From: Promethearchaeati archaeon
GTDB taxonomy: Archaea > Asgardarchaeota > Heimdallarchaeia > JABLTI01
Direction: 5' to 3'
Length of the DNA stretch: 48,538 bases
Assembly (NCBI GenBank): GCA_013166835.1
Contig: JABLTI010000030.1
Coordinates: forward strand, 1-48,538
Below, in pieces: positions 19,101 through 28,923 of this stretch; positions within the stretch are counted from its first letter, which is position 1, and every line of letters starts with the position of its first letter. The notes beneath the pieces are model-generated. The model made no database searches and had not been told where the DNA came from. It worked only from the letters and a program-made list of their open reading frames with translations. The translations under genes were made by a program, and so were the position numbers.

Positions 19101-20285
19101 TTGAGTGAACAAGGAGATTCTACATTAGTAAAAACCTTGAGGTGCCCTACATGTGGAGCACCAATGAGACCTTCAGCAGAATCCCTCTTAGTGATTTGCA
19201 ATTTTTGCGGTGAAATTGTTGCTGAAAGCCATATCTCTCCTCACGCGATAGTAAAACCATTACCAATGACTCCTCCGGAAGGATCTGGTCAAGTTCGTAG
19301 TATGGAATTAATTCTCGTACCTTTCTTTGAAGTAAAAGCTGATGTTAGTGTTGATGCTTTAGGCTATCAAAGAAGAGAACGAACTGAAACCAAGACGGTC
19401 ACTCGAGGTGGAAAAACTTACAGAGAATCTAAGACTATCGTCGAATATCGTCCTTGGCGTGTACAACACCAAGGAAGCCACAACGTTCGATTCCTAGCTA
19501 GACAAGAAGTAACAATGTTTGGATCTGGTGAATTGGTTTCTTCTGTTGCCAGAACAATTGGTGGAGAACCTATTCCATTTAGTCCAAATTTTATCAAGGG
19601 GTTAGCAAGTAAAGATCAATCACTTGTTGCATTAAGTCCTGAGTGGGGACAAGATGAAGCTTCGAAGAAAGCTGGTGAAGTTGTCTACGAATCCGCTTAT
19701 TCTCATGCTAAATCTCAAATGCATGAAGTTTTTGATACAAAAGTTAACTTTAGACCCTTGACAAAACCAACTTTGGTACATGAACCATTATTACTTATTA
19801 GACGCAGAATTCAAGGAAGATTGTATCGAGCAGCATATCATTGGGGTAGTGGTCAATTATTACGCGAGGAACAACCTATTAAAAACAGAGGACTCATGAT
19901 GTTCTTTGCTCTTTTAGGTTTCATATTAGCACCAATTCTTACCCAATTAGGTTATAATCAATACATTGGCAGTGCGAGTGAAAATGCTATTTGGTGGTTA
20001 ATCGCTTTAGGTGTAGTCGCTTTAGCAGGAGTAATTGTAGGTATAGTATTGCTGGTTAGAGTGTACAAGCCACATAAAATCCATTCAAGTGGAAGTGGTT
20101 TGAGTCTATTCGCTTTCGAACGATTAGCACCTACTGCTAGAGCAGCAATAGCAAAACAACAACCTCAACAACCACAACCAGGTAGCGGTCAACCTGTTGC
20201 AAGATTTTGTCCAAAATGCGGTGATCCATTAGAACAGAATCAAAAATTCTGTGAAAAATGTGGCCAAGTTATGGATGGGAGATGA
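19101..20285 (+). CDS. Zinc-ribbon membrane protein (YdjG-like) with extra C-terminal zinc ribbon
   Basis: CPTCG..CNFCG, LVPFFEV, two TM helices, Q/P-rich linker, CPKCG..CEKCG; TTG 19101 preferred as start. Confidence 0.7.
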   Translation: MSEQGDSTLVKTLRCPTCGAPMRPSAESLLVICNFCGEIVAESHISPHAIVKPLPMTPPEGSGQVRSMELILVPFFEVKADVSVDALGYQRRERTETKTVTRGGKTYRESKTIVEYRPWRVQHQGSHNVRFLARQEVTMFGSGELVSSVARTIGGEPIPFSPNFIKGLASKDQSLVALSPEWGQDEASKKAGEVVYESAYSHAKSQMHEVFDTKVNFRPLTKPTLVHEPLLLIRRRIQGRLYRAAYHWGSGQLLREEQPIKNRGLMMFFALLGFILAPILTQLGYNQYIGSASENAIWWLIALGVVALAGVIVGIVLLVRVYKPHKIHSSGSGLSLFAFERLAPTARAAIAKQQPQQPQPGSGQPVARFCPKCGDPLEQNQKFCEKCGQVMDGR

Positions 20286-20292
20286 TTAAGAA

Positions 20293-21273
20293 ATGGCAGT
20301 AGAACAACAATCGAAAAAGATAACTTGTGGATATTGTCAAGCAGAAAATGATATTCCACCCTTTGCTTCCGTTGTAACTTGTGATTCTTGTGGAACACCA
20401 AATGAATTACAAACCGGCAAAACATTTCAAAATCATCACATGTTAAACGTGTACTTTAGTGGTTCAGAATTAACCGAATTAGTACCTCAATATCTCTCAA
20501 AGTACGTTGGCGTCCCAAGTGATTTTGCTGATAAAGCTGTTTTCAAAGGCTTTGAATTAAGAATGATGCCATTCTGGATGTTCGAATTCCATGGACACAC
20601 TGATTATCAAGGCATTGGCAAGTATGTCAGTCCGAATCAGGGTTCCCACTGGAGTAGAAATATAAATATCCTTACTAGACCAGAACGCGGCTCCATTGAT
20701 TTAGATCAAACCTGTTTGATCTTTGGCTATAAAGAACAACATAGAGAAATTCGTGACGAAAAAATCCCAGTAGGTTCGAAAGATGCATTTGATGTTAATG
20801 CAGTGAACAGGGAAGGTGGTCAAATTTATGACACTGAAATTGGTTACAATGAAGCCTATGCTATAGCTGAAGATCGAGTCAAAAGTCGACATAATCAATT
20901 AATATTTCGAGAAATTTCCAAAATCGATGGAATAAGACAAGATATTGATTTGAAGGAAGTCTCTTATCTTCATGTTCCATTCTACCGAGTGAAATACAAC
21001 TATGGTAATTGGGAAGGTGAAGCATTAGTTGATGCTGCAAGAGGAAAAGTCCTAAGAGCTGAATATCCGATCTCAAGAGCACATCGTTTCTGGGGATTAA
21101 TGTCAGTTATTTTCGCAATAGCCCTTATCGCGTTTGCAATCATCTTAATCATTCAAGGTTTATTACCTTATGATTGGAGAATTGCTGGGTATGTGTCTGC
21201 AGTTGTCTTTGGTGGTCTCTTAATCTTTGGACTTAAGGAAACGTTGACGAAGAAAAAAGTAGCAGCGGAATAG
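20293..21273 (+). CDS. Zinc-ribbon membrane protein (YdjG-like), paralogue of the upstream gene
   Basis: CGYC..CDSCG, MMPFWMF, LHVPFYRVKY, LVDAARGKVL..EYP, two C-terminal TM helices. Confidence 0.7.
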   Translation: MAVEQQSKKITCGYCQAENDIPPFASVVTCDSCGTPNELQTGKTFQNHHMLNVYFSGSELTELVPQYLSKYVGVPSDFADKAVFKGFELRMMPFWMFEFHGHTDYQGIGKYVSPNQGSHWSRNINILTRPERGSIDLDQTCLIFGYKEQHREIRDEKIPVGSKDAFDVNAVNREGGQIYDTEIGYNEAYAIAEDRVKSRHNQLIFREISKIDGIRQDIDLKEVSYLHVPFYRVKYNYGNWEGEALVDAARGKVLRAEYPISRAHRFWGLMSVIFAIALIAFAIILIIQGLLPYDWRIAGYVSAVVFGGLLIFGLKETLTKKKVAAE

Positions 21274-21289
21274 TTTTTTGTATTTTTTT

Positions 21290-21326
21290 ACTGGGATTTC
21301 TCCCAGTTTTTCTTTCTCTTTTCTTT
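21290..21326 (+). terminator. Hairpin plus T-tract terminator
   Basis: ACTGGGA-tttc-TCCCAGT followed by a T-rich tract. Confidence 0.65.
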
Positions 21327-21416
21327 AGCAAAACTTTAATTGAATTAGTTTCGATTATCTCTTAATGAATTATCTTTAGAAGATTTTTCTGCAATATTTT
21401 CTAGGAGTATTGTATC

Positions 21417-22238
21417 ATGAAAGTTGGTTTCATTCAATTTAATCCAGCCTTTGGTGAGGTAACAAGAAATTTAGAACGCTCAATTGAATTGATAAGAGAA
21501 GGGGCAGACGCGGATTTACTTGTTTTGCCTGAATTATGTACCTCTGGTTATCTCTTCACTGATAAAAAAGAATTACAGAAATTAAGTGAAAAAGTTCCAG
21601 ATGGTCCTTCAACCAAAGCTTGGTTCGATGTTGCTAGGGAAACAAACACATACATCGTTGCAGGTATTTGTGAAAAAGTATCAGAAACTGATTTTTATAA
21701 CTCAGCAGTTCTTATTGGTCCAGATGGATTTATTGATGTGTATCGAAAAATACACTTGTTTGATAATGAAAAGACTTTCTTCAAAGCTGGAACTGGTCCA
21801 TTTAAGATATATGATTTAGGTCTAGCTAAAATAGGCATTATGGTTTGCTTTGATTGGTATTTTCCCGAAGTGGCTCGCATCTTAGCTTTATATGGTGCTG
21901 ATATCATTTGTCATCCTGCAAATCTTGTGTTACCTTTTTCACAAAAAACAATGTTGGCACGTTCAATTGAAAATAGAATTTTTACAATAACAGCAAACCG
22001 TGTTGGTGCTGACATTCGCCCAAATACAAAGTTGACCTTTACTGGACAAAGTCAAATTACTAGTCCTAAAATGAAACTTCTTGCCCAAGCTTCAGATGTT
22101 GAAGAGGTCGTAAAGATCGTTGAGATCGATCCAACTTTAGCTAGAAATAAAATGGTTACAGCTAATAATCATGCATTTATGGATCGTCGTGTTGAATTAT
22201 ACACTCCTCTATTGAAAAAAGACATTAAAAAGGATTAA
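21417..22238 (+). CDS. Carbon-nitrogen hydrolase (nitrilase superfamily)
   Basis: Catalytic triad motifs LPEL, YRKIHLF, VCFDWYFPE; ARSIEN. Confidence 0.92.
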   Translation: MKVGFIQFNPAFGEVTRNLERSIELIREGADADLLVLPELCTSGYLFTDKKELQKLSEKVPDGPSTKAWFDVARETNTYIVAGICEKVSETDFYNSAVLIGPDGFIDVYRKIHLFDNEKTFFKAGTGPFKIYDLGLAKIGIMVCFDWYFPEVARILALYGADIICHPANLVLPFSQKTMLARSIENRIFTITANRVGADIRPNTKLTFTGQSQITSPKMKLLAQASDVEEVVKIVEIDPTLARNKMVTANNHAFMDRRVELYTPLLKKDIKKD

Positions 22239-22316
22239 ATTACTATTTATAGAAGTTAGCTTTAAAAGTAGCTTATCATGTTTATTGATTAAAGAAGAAT
22301 TAGAAGGTTAGTGGTT

Positions 22317-23240
22317 ATGGCTATTCTTATCACAGGCGGCGCTGGATTTATTGGTTTTAACTTAGCAGAAAGACTTCTTGAAGCTGAAAAGGAAGTTGTC
22401 ATTTTTGATATTAATGTGAATAAAGTGAAAGATAAAGCTGAAGGAATAATCCTGGAGAAAGGAGATGTTTCCAAAGGTAAAGATCTAGATGCAGTCTGTG
22501 AGAAGTATGAATTTACAACGATATTTCATTTAGCTGCTATCTTACCTCCGTTGACAGAGGAGGAGCCATTTAAAGCTTTCAAAACTAATATTGAAGGTAC
22601 AATAAACGTCTTGGATGCAGCTCGAAAGTACAATATAGAAACGATAATTTATCCTAGTTCAGCTACTGTTTTTGGCCCAGATAGGAAACCCCCATTTACC
22701 GAAGAAGATCTTCTCGATCCCTGGACAATCTATAGCTCCTTTAAATTATGCACAGAGATTATGGGATCAATTTATTCCAAAAAATATGATATCAATTTTA
22801 GAGCAGTTAGATTTCCCGTTGTTGTTGGACCTAGAAGAGATCCTTTTCTAGGTATTACTAGGTATCCTACGCAAATGGTCGAAGAAGCAGTAAAAGGTAA
22901 ACCTTATGTTGCGGAAGTTCTTCCTGAAACAAAAATCCCAATCGTCTTCATTGATGACGCTGTTCAGATTCTTATTAATTTGTGGAGAAGTAAGGATCTT
23001 CATTTTGATATTGTAAATGTTGATGGATTATGGGTTACTGCTCAAGAAATAGCTGATGGAATTAAGAAGATTATTCCATCTGCAGAGATAGTTTTTAAAC
23101 CAATTGAAAACGTTCACATTCAACACGTCTTGTCTGGTGTTCAGAAACATAAAGATGAAGCCAAATATGGTCTTAAAGGTAAAAGACTCCTTGATGAAAT
23201 ACTTCAAGAATATATCTCGAGAAGTTCAGAAGAGAAATAA
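22317..23240 (+). CDS. NAD-dependent epimerase/dehydratase (extended SDR, threonine dehydrogenase-like)
   Basis: TGGAGFIG, FHLAA, YSSFK (YxxxK), VRFP. Confidence 0.85.
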   Translation: MAILITGGAGFIGFNLAERLLEAEKEVVIFDINVNKVKDKAEGIILEKGDVSKGKDLDAVCEKYEFTTIFHLAAILPPLTEEEPFKAFKTNIEGTINVLDAARKYNIETIIYPSSATVFGPDRKPPFTEEDLLDPWTIYSSFKLCTEIMGSIYSKKYDINFRAVRFPVVVGPRRDPFLGITRYPTQMVEEAVKGKPYVAEVLPETKIPIVFIDDAVQILINLWRSKDLHFDIVNVDGLWVTAQEIADGIKKIIPSAEIVFKPIENVHIQHVLSGVQKHKDEAKYGLKGKRLLDEILQEYISRSSEEK

Positions 23241-23290
23241 AAGATAAAATAATCTCCTTCATTTTAATACAAATCAAAGGTGAATTTGCT

Positions 23291-24412
23291 TTGAGTCAAT
23301 TTAAGAGAATACCTCATATTCCCACTTCGGATAAACTAGCTGATACTGTGTTCTCCCAATTGAAAAAAATTAGAGTTGAATTACCGAGAAAGCTTAAGAA
23401 AAAGAGATCAGATTATTCATTCTACAAGACCTTGTATTTTCGTCAATTTAGATATTTGTTTCCTGATTTAGAGGAACGATTAGAGAAAATTGTTTCAAGT
23501 TTCCCGTTAATCAATGATTTACATCCTTTTCACAGAGACCTGATCGAAGTACTTTATGGGATTGAAAAATTAAAGACTTCTTTGTCTAGGATAAACAACA
23601 CCAAGAAATCTCTCAAAAGCATAGAAAGAGAGGTTTCAAGGAAATTAGGTCAAAGCGAAACAGCAGACGAAGCAAAGGTTGTGAGAAAAGAAGCCATTGG
23701 ACGAATTGGTTCTACTATTAAGAAATTAAAAGATCCTTTAGATGAATTAATCACAGCAAAAATACAGTTGTCGAAAGTCCCAGATTTCAATCTTTATGAG
23801 AAAACAATTGCTTTTGCTGGAGCACCAAATGCTGGAAAGTCAAGTTTTGTGAAATTGATTTCCACTGGAAATCCTGAAATCGCTGCTTACCCCTTTACAA
23901 CAAAAGAATTAGTTTATGGTCATCGTAAACGTGAATTTGATTCCATCCAACTGCTTGACACTCCAGGTCTTCTTGATAGACCTTTACATGAAAGAAATGA
24001 CATTGAGATGAGGAGTATTTTAGCATTAAAACACCTTACTGATTACATTATCTTCTTATTTGATCCTACAGAAGAATCCCCTCTTAAAATGAATCAACAA
24101 TTGAATCTATTCAGTGAAATAAAAACAAAATTTTCAGAAATCCCAATTCAATCATTTATCAATAAGAAAGATATCCTTTCTGAAGTTCAACTACAAAACG
24201 CTGAACAAGTCGTAGGGAAACTAGAAAGAATTGCTACAATTGAGAAAAATGTCGATCAACTTGAGAAGATTATTTTAACAATTATTGAAAAAATCCCTGA
24301 TAAGAAATTATATGTTAGAGAAGAAAAGAAATTGGTTGAGGAAGAGATAGAAAAATCCAAATCTAGAGACAAAATTGAGTGGATTTTCTTTGACGAAGAC
24401 GATAAGAATTGA
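23291..24412 (+). CDS. NOG1-family GTPase (large-subunit biogenesis)
   Basis: N-terminal helical domain with LHPFH; GAPNAGKSS, YPFTTK, DTPGLLDRP..RN.IE, NKKD. Confidence 0.92.
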   Translation: MSQFKRIPHIPTSDKLADTVFSQLKKIRVELPRKLKKKRSDYSFYKTLYFRQFRYLFPDLEERLEKIVSSFPLINDLHPFHRDLIEVLYGIEKLKTSLSRINNTKKSLKSIEREVSRKLGQSETADEAKVVRKEAIGRIGSTIKKLKDPLDELITAKIQLSKVPDFNLYEKTIAFAGAPNAGKSSFVKLISTGNPEIAAYPFTTKELVYGHRKREFDSIQLLDTPGLLDRPLHERNDIEMRSILALKHLTDYIIFLFDPTEESPLKMNQQLNLFSEIKTKFSEIPIQSFINKKDILSEVQLQNAEQVVGKLERIATIEKNVDQLEKIILTIIEKIPDKKLYVREEKKLVEEEIEKSKSRDKIEWIFFDEDDKN

Positions 24413-25460
24413 TGGCAGTATTCTTGAGGGTGGAGGTTCAATTGTTCGAAATGCCGTTGCATTAGCTACTTTGTTTCAGAAACCACTTGAGATATACAAT
24501 ATTCGAGCTAAACGTTCAAAACCGGGTCTACGAAATCAACATACTTTTGCTGTAAAAACAATTGGGGATCTTTGTAATGCAAAAACTGAAGGAGTTAGTG
24601 TAGGTTCTCAAGCAATCAAATTCTTTCCTGGAGCAATTCGAGGTGGTGAATTTGAAATCGATGTTAAAACTGCTGGAAGTTTATCATTACTTCTCCAAGC
24701 AATTCTTCCAATTGCAGTACATGCACCCGAAGATGTTATGTTTTTGATGAAGGGTGGAACAGATGTCCCAATGGCCCCACCTTATGATTACATCCGATCA
24801 GTTTTCTTACCGATACTGGAAAATATTGGTGTAGATGTTGTTACTTGTTTAGGGAGGAGAGGTCATTATCCGAAGGGTAGTGGCATATTATCATGTATCG
24901 TTCAACCAAAAATACGATTGAAACCAATTCAATACAAATTGGAAAAACCTTTAGAAATTGAACAAATCGATGGAGCTGCTCATGCTGTACAGCTACCGGA
25001 GCATATTGTTGATAGAATGATTACATCAGCATCTGAGGAATTGAAGAAGCATAACCTAAAAATTGGCGAAATTGAATCCTTATGGTGTAAACCCAAATAT
25101 GATCCTCATGCTGGTCCTGGGACAGGAATAACACTTTGGACTAAAACAAATCATCAAACATATCTTGCTGGTGATTCTTTAGGGAGAAGGGGAATACCAG
25201 CTGAAGAGGTAGGAAGCATTGCAGCACGAAATTTAATTCAACAAATTAAATATGGAAAACCAATCGATTATCATTTGGCTGATCAATTAATTATCTGGAT
25301 GACAATATCTGATTATCCTTCGATTATCGAAACTGGTAGGATCACTTTACATATGCTGACCAATATTGAAATTACCAAAAAGATAACAAATGCAGAATTT
25401 AAAGTAGAAGGATCAGAAGGTGGACCTGGAATTATTTCTTGTGAACCGAACAATTCTTGA
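24390..25460 (+). CDS. rtcA: RNA 3'-terminal phosphate cyclase
   Basis: IDGSILEGGG, IRAKRSKPGLRNQH, TAGS, GGTDV, RRGHYPKG, active-site DYHLADQL; TTG 24390 preferred as start, overlapping NOG1. Confidence 0.93.
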   Translation: MTKTIRIDGSILEGGGSIVRNAVALATLFQKPLEIYNIRAKRSKPGLRNQHTFAVKTIGDLCNAKTEGVSVGSQAIKFFPGAIRGGEFEIDVKTAGSLSLLLQAILPIAVHAPEDVMFLMKGGTDVPMAPPYDYIRSVFLPILENIGVDVVTCLGRRGHYPKGSGILSCIVQPKIRLKPIQYKLEKPLEIEQIDGAAHAVQLPEHIVDRMITSASEELKKHNLKIGEIESLWCKPKYDPHAGPGTGITLWTKTNHQTYLAGDSLGRRGIPAEEVGSIAARNLIQQIKYGKPIDYHLADQLIIWMTISDYPSIIETGRITLHMLTNIEITKKITNAEFKVEGSEGGPGIISCEPNNS

Positions 25461-25551
25461 TTATACTTTGAAGTTAAATAATGATATTTTTCGTAAGATT
25501 ATTTACTAATTAAGAACCATATATGAACTAGTGTAACGTTTTGTGATTCAA

Positions 25552-25926
25552 ATGTACGAGATAACAGCAGAAGATGAAAAGAAATTAGCAAAATTAGGTT
25601 CTTATCAACAAGCAATTCTGAGACTCCTAGCTGAAGTTCCAGAGGGTAAAGTTACTACATATGGTGATTTAGCCAAGGAATTGTTTAAGAGAAATCCTAA
25701 ATTTAAACCTACTGCGAGAGCTGTGGGTACAACTATGAGAAATAATCCTTGTGGACCCTATATTCCTTGTCATCGTGTTATAAAATCTGATGGTGCAATA
25801 GGAAACTTTCGTGGAGGAGCTCCAGGTGCTGTCAAAGAAAAAGCTGCGATGCTAAGAGATGAAGGTGTTGAAGTAGTTAGTGGAAAAATAAATCTAAAAG
25901 TTTACAGATACGAATTTACATCCTAA
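25552..25926 (+). CDS. ogt: Methylated-DNA-protein-cysteine methyltransferase (single domain)
   Basis: VPEGKVTTYGDLA, ARAVG, NP..IPCHRV. Confidence 0.88.
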   Translation: MYEITAEDEKKLAKLGSYQQAILRLLAEVPEGKVTTYGDLAKELFKRNPKFKPTARAVGTTMRNNPCGPYIPCHRVIKSDGAIGNFRGGAPGAVKEKAAMLRDEGVEVVSGKINLKVYRYEFTS

Positions 25927-26420
25927 GTTTATCTGAGGAATTCACAGTTTGAATTCTTTTTACTCCTTCTATTTCTTTAATCACTTCCACAACTGCTTTT
26001 GGAACTAGTTCCTTCCATTCTTTTTTGTCCTTTTGCATTGTAATCCTCTCTTTCATAAAGAGGTGGTCTCCTTACTTCTTTATCAGTTAGTGAGAATAAG
26101 TGTTCGGTTAATGGATTATTAGTATAAACAATGTCGAATTTCGGAACTAACCGAGTAATGTGTGCAACCCACAATCCATTGTCCTTTACATCATTCGCAG
26201 GTATGACGATCACTCGAGTAAGATCCTTTAGTTCATCAACAAGAGTATTATGAATCATATCATACCTTTCTCCTGCAGTGAATGGATTATCTGGTTGATG
26301 GCTTTGTTGAGAAGCAGCTATTATTACGATTAAATCATCAACTTCGTTTAAAATATACTTTATTGCATTCAAGTGCCCATTATGAAAAGGCTGAAATCTT
26401 CCAACTATCATTCCGCGCAT
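25916..26420 (-). pseudogene. nadM: Nicotinamide-nucleotide adenylyltransferase, frameshifted near 26036
   Basis: GRFQPFHNGH, NPFTAGER, TNNPL in the first frame; conserved C-terminus (WKELVPKAVVEVIKEIEGVKRI) continues in a shifted frame to TAA at 25916; the TxIR motif is missing. Confidence 0.8.
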
Positions 26421-26519
26421 TACAAACCATCCATATTTAACTAATTTATGTGTATTTTTCCTTCCTTAAAATAATTTGTTTTGTGACTATTAAATGACTT
26501 ATTAAAGTTCATCGTGTTG

Positions 26520-26540
26520 AAAAACTTTATAAGTAAATTT
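26520..26540 (+). promoter_or_regulatory. BRE/TATA promoter of the rpoD operon
   Basis: A-rich BRE followed by TTTATAAG at 26526-26533; the same 14-mer TTATAAGTAAATTT recurs at 43607-43620 upstream of another gene. Confidence 0.55.
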
Positions 26541-26624
26541 CAAACATTCGAGAACTGATACGTATCAAAATTGTCCTTTTCTTTATATTAATTTAGAGGG
26601 CAATATATTATGCCGTGATTTACC

Positions 26625-27458
26625 ATGGAAATAGAGGTTATTGAAAATAAGAATAACAAGCTTCGTTTCATCATACGAGGAAGCAATTTTACCTTTGTGA
26701 ATGCTCTTCGCAGAACTATTATCTCAGAGGTACCTACATTAGCAATTGAAGATATAATCCTAGTTGAGAATACTTCCCCCGTTCTTGATGAAATTGTTGC
26801 ACATAGACTTGGTCTTGTACCTCTAACAACTCCTAACGATGAATTTACAGTTGCCAGTGAGTGTGATAATTGCGGTGGCGAAGGCTGTCAGTTTTGCTCT
26901 GTGCCATTAACACTTGAAGCGGAAGCTGGTGACAACGAAACAAAGATGGTTTATACTAAAGATCTAGAATCAAATGATGACAAAATAAAACCTGTTTCTG
27001 AAAAAATACCCATTGCTAAACTCGGTGCTGGTCAAAAAATCACTTTGGAAGCAATTGCAATGATGGGTAGAGGAAAACAACATGCGAAATGGTCTCCTGC
27101 AGTAACTTGCAGTTATCGATATTATCCCCTAGTTCAACAAGACGCTTCAAAATGCACGAATTGTATGGAATGTGTAGATGCTTGTCCGTTAAACATCTTA
27201 GAAGTAAACAAAAAGGTGGTCAAATTAACTGATCCTTTATCGTGTTTACTCTGCGATCTCTGCACCAATGCATGCGCTGATGATTCATTGAAAATGAGTC
27301 AAATTGAAGGAGATTACATTTTCTTACTTGAAACTACTGGAGCATTGGCTCCGCTTGTTGCATTTAAGAAAGCAACCGAAATCCTCAAAAGTAAAGCTAA
27401 GGATTTCGAGAACGAATATAAAGTCGCTTTGGAAAGTTTTCTGAAGCAGAAGAAATGA
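26625..27458 (+). CDS. rpoD: DNA-directed RNA polymerase subunit D (Rpo3) with ferredoxin-like domain
   Basis: NALRRTIISEVPTLAI, DEIVAHRLGLVPL, GRGKQHAKWSP; CTNCMECVDACP and CLLCDLCTNAC. Confidence 0.97.
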   Translation: MEIEVIENKNNKLRFIIRGSNFTFVNALRRTIISEVPTLAIEDIILVENTSPVLDEIVAHRLGLVPLTTPNDEFTVASECDNCGGEGCQFCSVPLTLEAEAGDNETKMVYTKDLESNDDKIKPVSEKIPIAKLGAGQKITLEAIAMMGRGKQHAKWSPAVTCSYRYYPLVQQDASKCTNCMECVDACPLNILEVNKKVVKLTDPLSCLLCDLCTNACADDSLKMSQIEGDYIFLLETTGALAPLVAFKKATEILKSKAKDFENEYKVALESFLKQKK

Positions 27459-27507
27459 TTAATCCAATTAAAGTTTTCATTAATTGAAGACGGAGGATTG
27501 TGAGAAA

Positions 27508-27879
27508 TTGCCAAAACCCACAGGGCCATCTGATCCTAATACCGTCGCGCTAATACGCGATTTGAGAAAAAAAAGTGCTGCTGATATGAAGCACAATTTT
27601 TGGAATGTTCTCTCTAGAAAGTTAGGAAAGCCCAGAAGAATACGACCTGCCATTAATCTTAGCAAAATCAGTCGTTATGCTAGGAAAGGTGAATTGGTTG
27701 TTGTTCCTGGAAAAGTCTTAGCTTCAGGAGAGATAAAGGGCAGCTTTACTGTCGCTGCATTGAATTTCAGCGAAGTTGCCAAAGAGAAGATAACAAAAGC
27801 TGGCGGAAAAGCAATTACATTAAGAGACTTAATGGAATTACCAGCAACAGAGCTCAAAAGAGTTCGAATTCTTGCGTAA
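27508..27879 (+). CDS. rpl18e: 50S ribosomal protein L18e
   Basis: INLSKI, VVVPGKVLASG, VAALNFS..AKEKI.KAGG; position after rpoD; TTG 27508 preferred as start. Confidence 0.95.
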   Translation: MPKPTGPSDPNTVALIRDLRKKSAADMKHNFWNVLSRKLGKPRRIRPAINLSKISRYARKGELVVVPGKVLASGEIKGSFTVAALNFSEVAKEKITKAGGKAITLRDLMELPATELKRVRILA

Positions 27880-27899
27880 AATAATCGGAGATACTAAAA

Positions 27900-28361
27900 A
27901 TGACTAACACAGTAGTCGATGCAGAAGGAGCAATCCTTGGACGTTTAGCTTCAAAAGTTGCTAAAAGATTATTGTCTGGAGAAATTGTAGATATAGTTAA
28001 TGTTGAGAAAATCGTCATCTCTGGAAAACCTGCATCTGTAATAAAAGAATACAAAGCAAAGTTAGATATCAGAAGTAAGTATAATCCACTTAGAGGTCCC
28101 TTCCACTATCGACTCCCGGATAGATTTGTGAGACGAGTAATTCGTGGAATGCTGCCATATAAGAAACCAAAAGGAAAAAATGCGTTTCATCGTTTGAAGT
28201 GCCACATTTCAATTCCAAAAGAATTCGAGAAAGCAAAACTAATTAAAATCCCAGAAGCAGATTCTACAAAATTAACCGTTAAAAGAATCTCAGTTGGCGA
28301 GCTTTGTAAACAATTAGGATGGAATTACGATCCAAAATTAGATCCTAATTATAAGGAATGA
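27900..28361 (+). CDS. rpl13: 50S ribosomal protein L13 (uL13)
   Basis: VDAEGAILGRLASKVAK, GPFHYRLPD, RGMLPYK. Confidence 0.97.
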   Translation: MTNTVVDAEGAILGRLASKVAKRLLSGEIVDIVNVEKIVISGKPASVIKEYKAKLDIRSKYNPLRGPFHYRLPDRFVRRVIRGMLPYKKPKGKNAFHRLKCHISIPKEFEKAKLIKIPEADSTKLTVKRISVGELCKQLGWNYDPKLDPNYKE

Positions 28362-28380
28362 AAAATAGGTGAAAACTACA

Positions 28381-28791
28381 ATGTCTTCAAAAAGAATTGT
28401 TTTAACTTCTGGAAAGAGAAAAACTGCAATTGCCCGAGCCACAACTAAAGCTGGTAAAGGACGAATCCGCATAAATTCCATTCCTCTCGAGATTTATCCA
28501 TCTGAATTAGCTCGAATGAAAATCCAAGAACCACTCATCATAGCTGGAGATAAAGTCATGAAATCAATTGACATTTTCGTTAAGGTTATGGGAGGAGGAA
28601 TTGTTGGCCAAGCTGATGCTGCTAGAACAGCAATTGGTCGAGCACTTGTAAAATGGACCCAAGATCCTGAACTACGAAGCAAATTCATGCATTATGATAG
28701 ATCTATCTTGGTTGCTGATTCTCGAAGGAAAGAAGAAAAGAAAGCTGGCGGACCGGGAGCGAGAGCTCGTTATCAAAAATCCTATCGTTAG
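28381..28791 (+). CDS. rps9: 30S ribosomal protein S9 (uS9)
   Basis: [31 protein letters not shown]; GGTGA upstream of ATG 28381. Confidence 0.97.
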   Translation: MSSKRIVLTSGKRKTAIARATTKAGKGRIRINSIPLEIYPSELARMKIQEPLIIAGDKVMKSIDIFVKVMGGGIVGQADAARTAIGRALVKWTQDPELRSKFMHYDRSILVADSRRKEEKKAGGPGARARYQKSYR

Positions 28792-28810
28792 ATTATTGCT
28801 AGAAATAAGC

Positions 28811-28840
28811 AGTGGATTTTTTCCACTCTTTATTTTCTTT
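28811..28840 (+). terminator. Hairpin plus T-rich terminator after rps9
   Basis: AGTGGA-ttttt-TCCACT followed by CTTTATTTTCTTT. Confidence 0.55.
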
Positions 28841-28923
28841 ATAGTTATTATCTTGAGATTTCTTATCTCAAGCAGTTATATTGCAATTATTATTTAATTT
28901 CGAAATTCAAAGTTGATTTACAA

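Noticed and set aside
16393-19201. Several minus-strand ORFs over copZ/copA
   Set aside because: Antisense shadows of well-supported genes.
25977-26420. nadM as an intact 147-aa gene or a programmed frameshift
   Set aside because: The last 19 or so residues are out of frame and conserved codons are missing, so recoding would not restore the protein.
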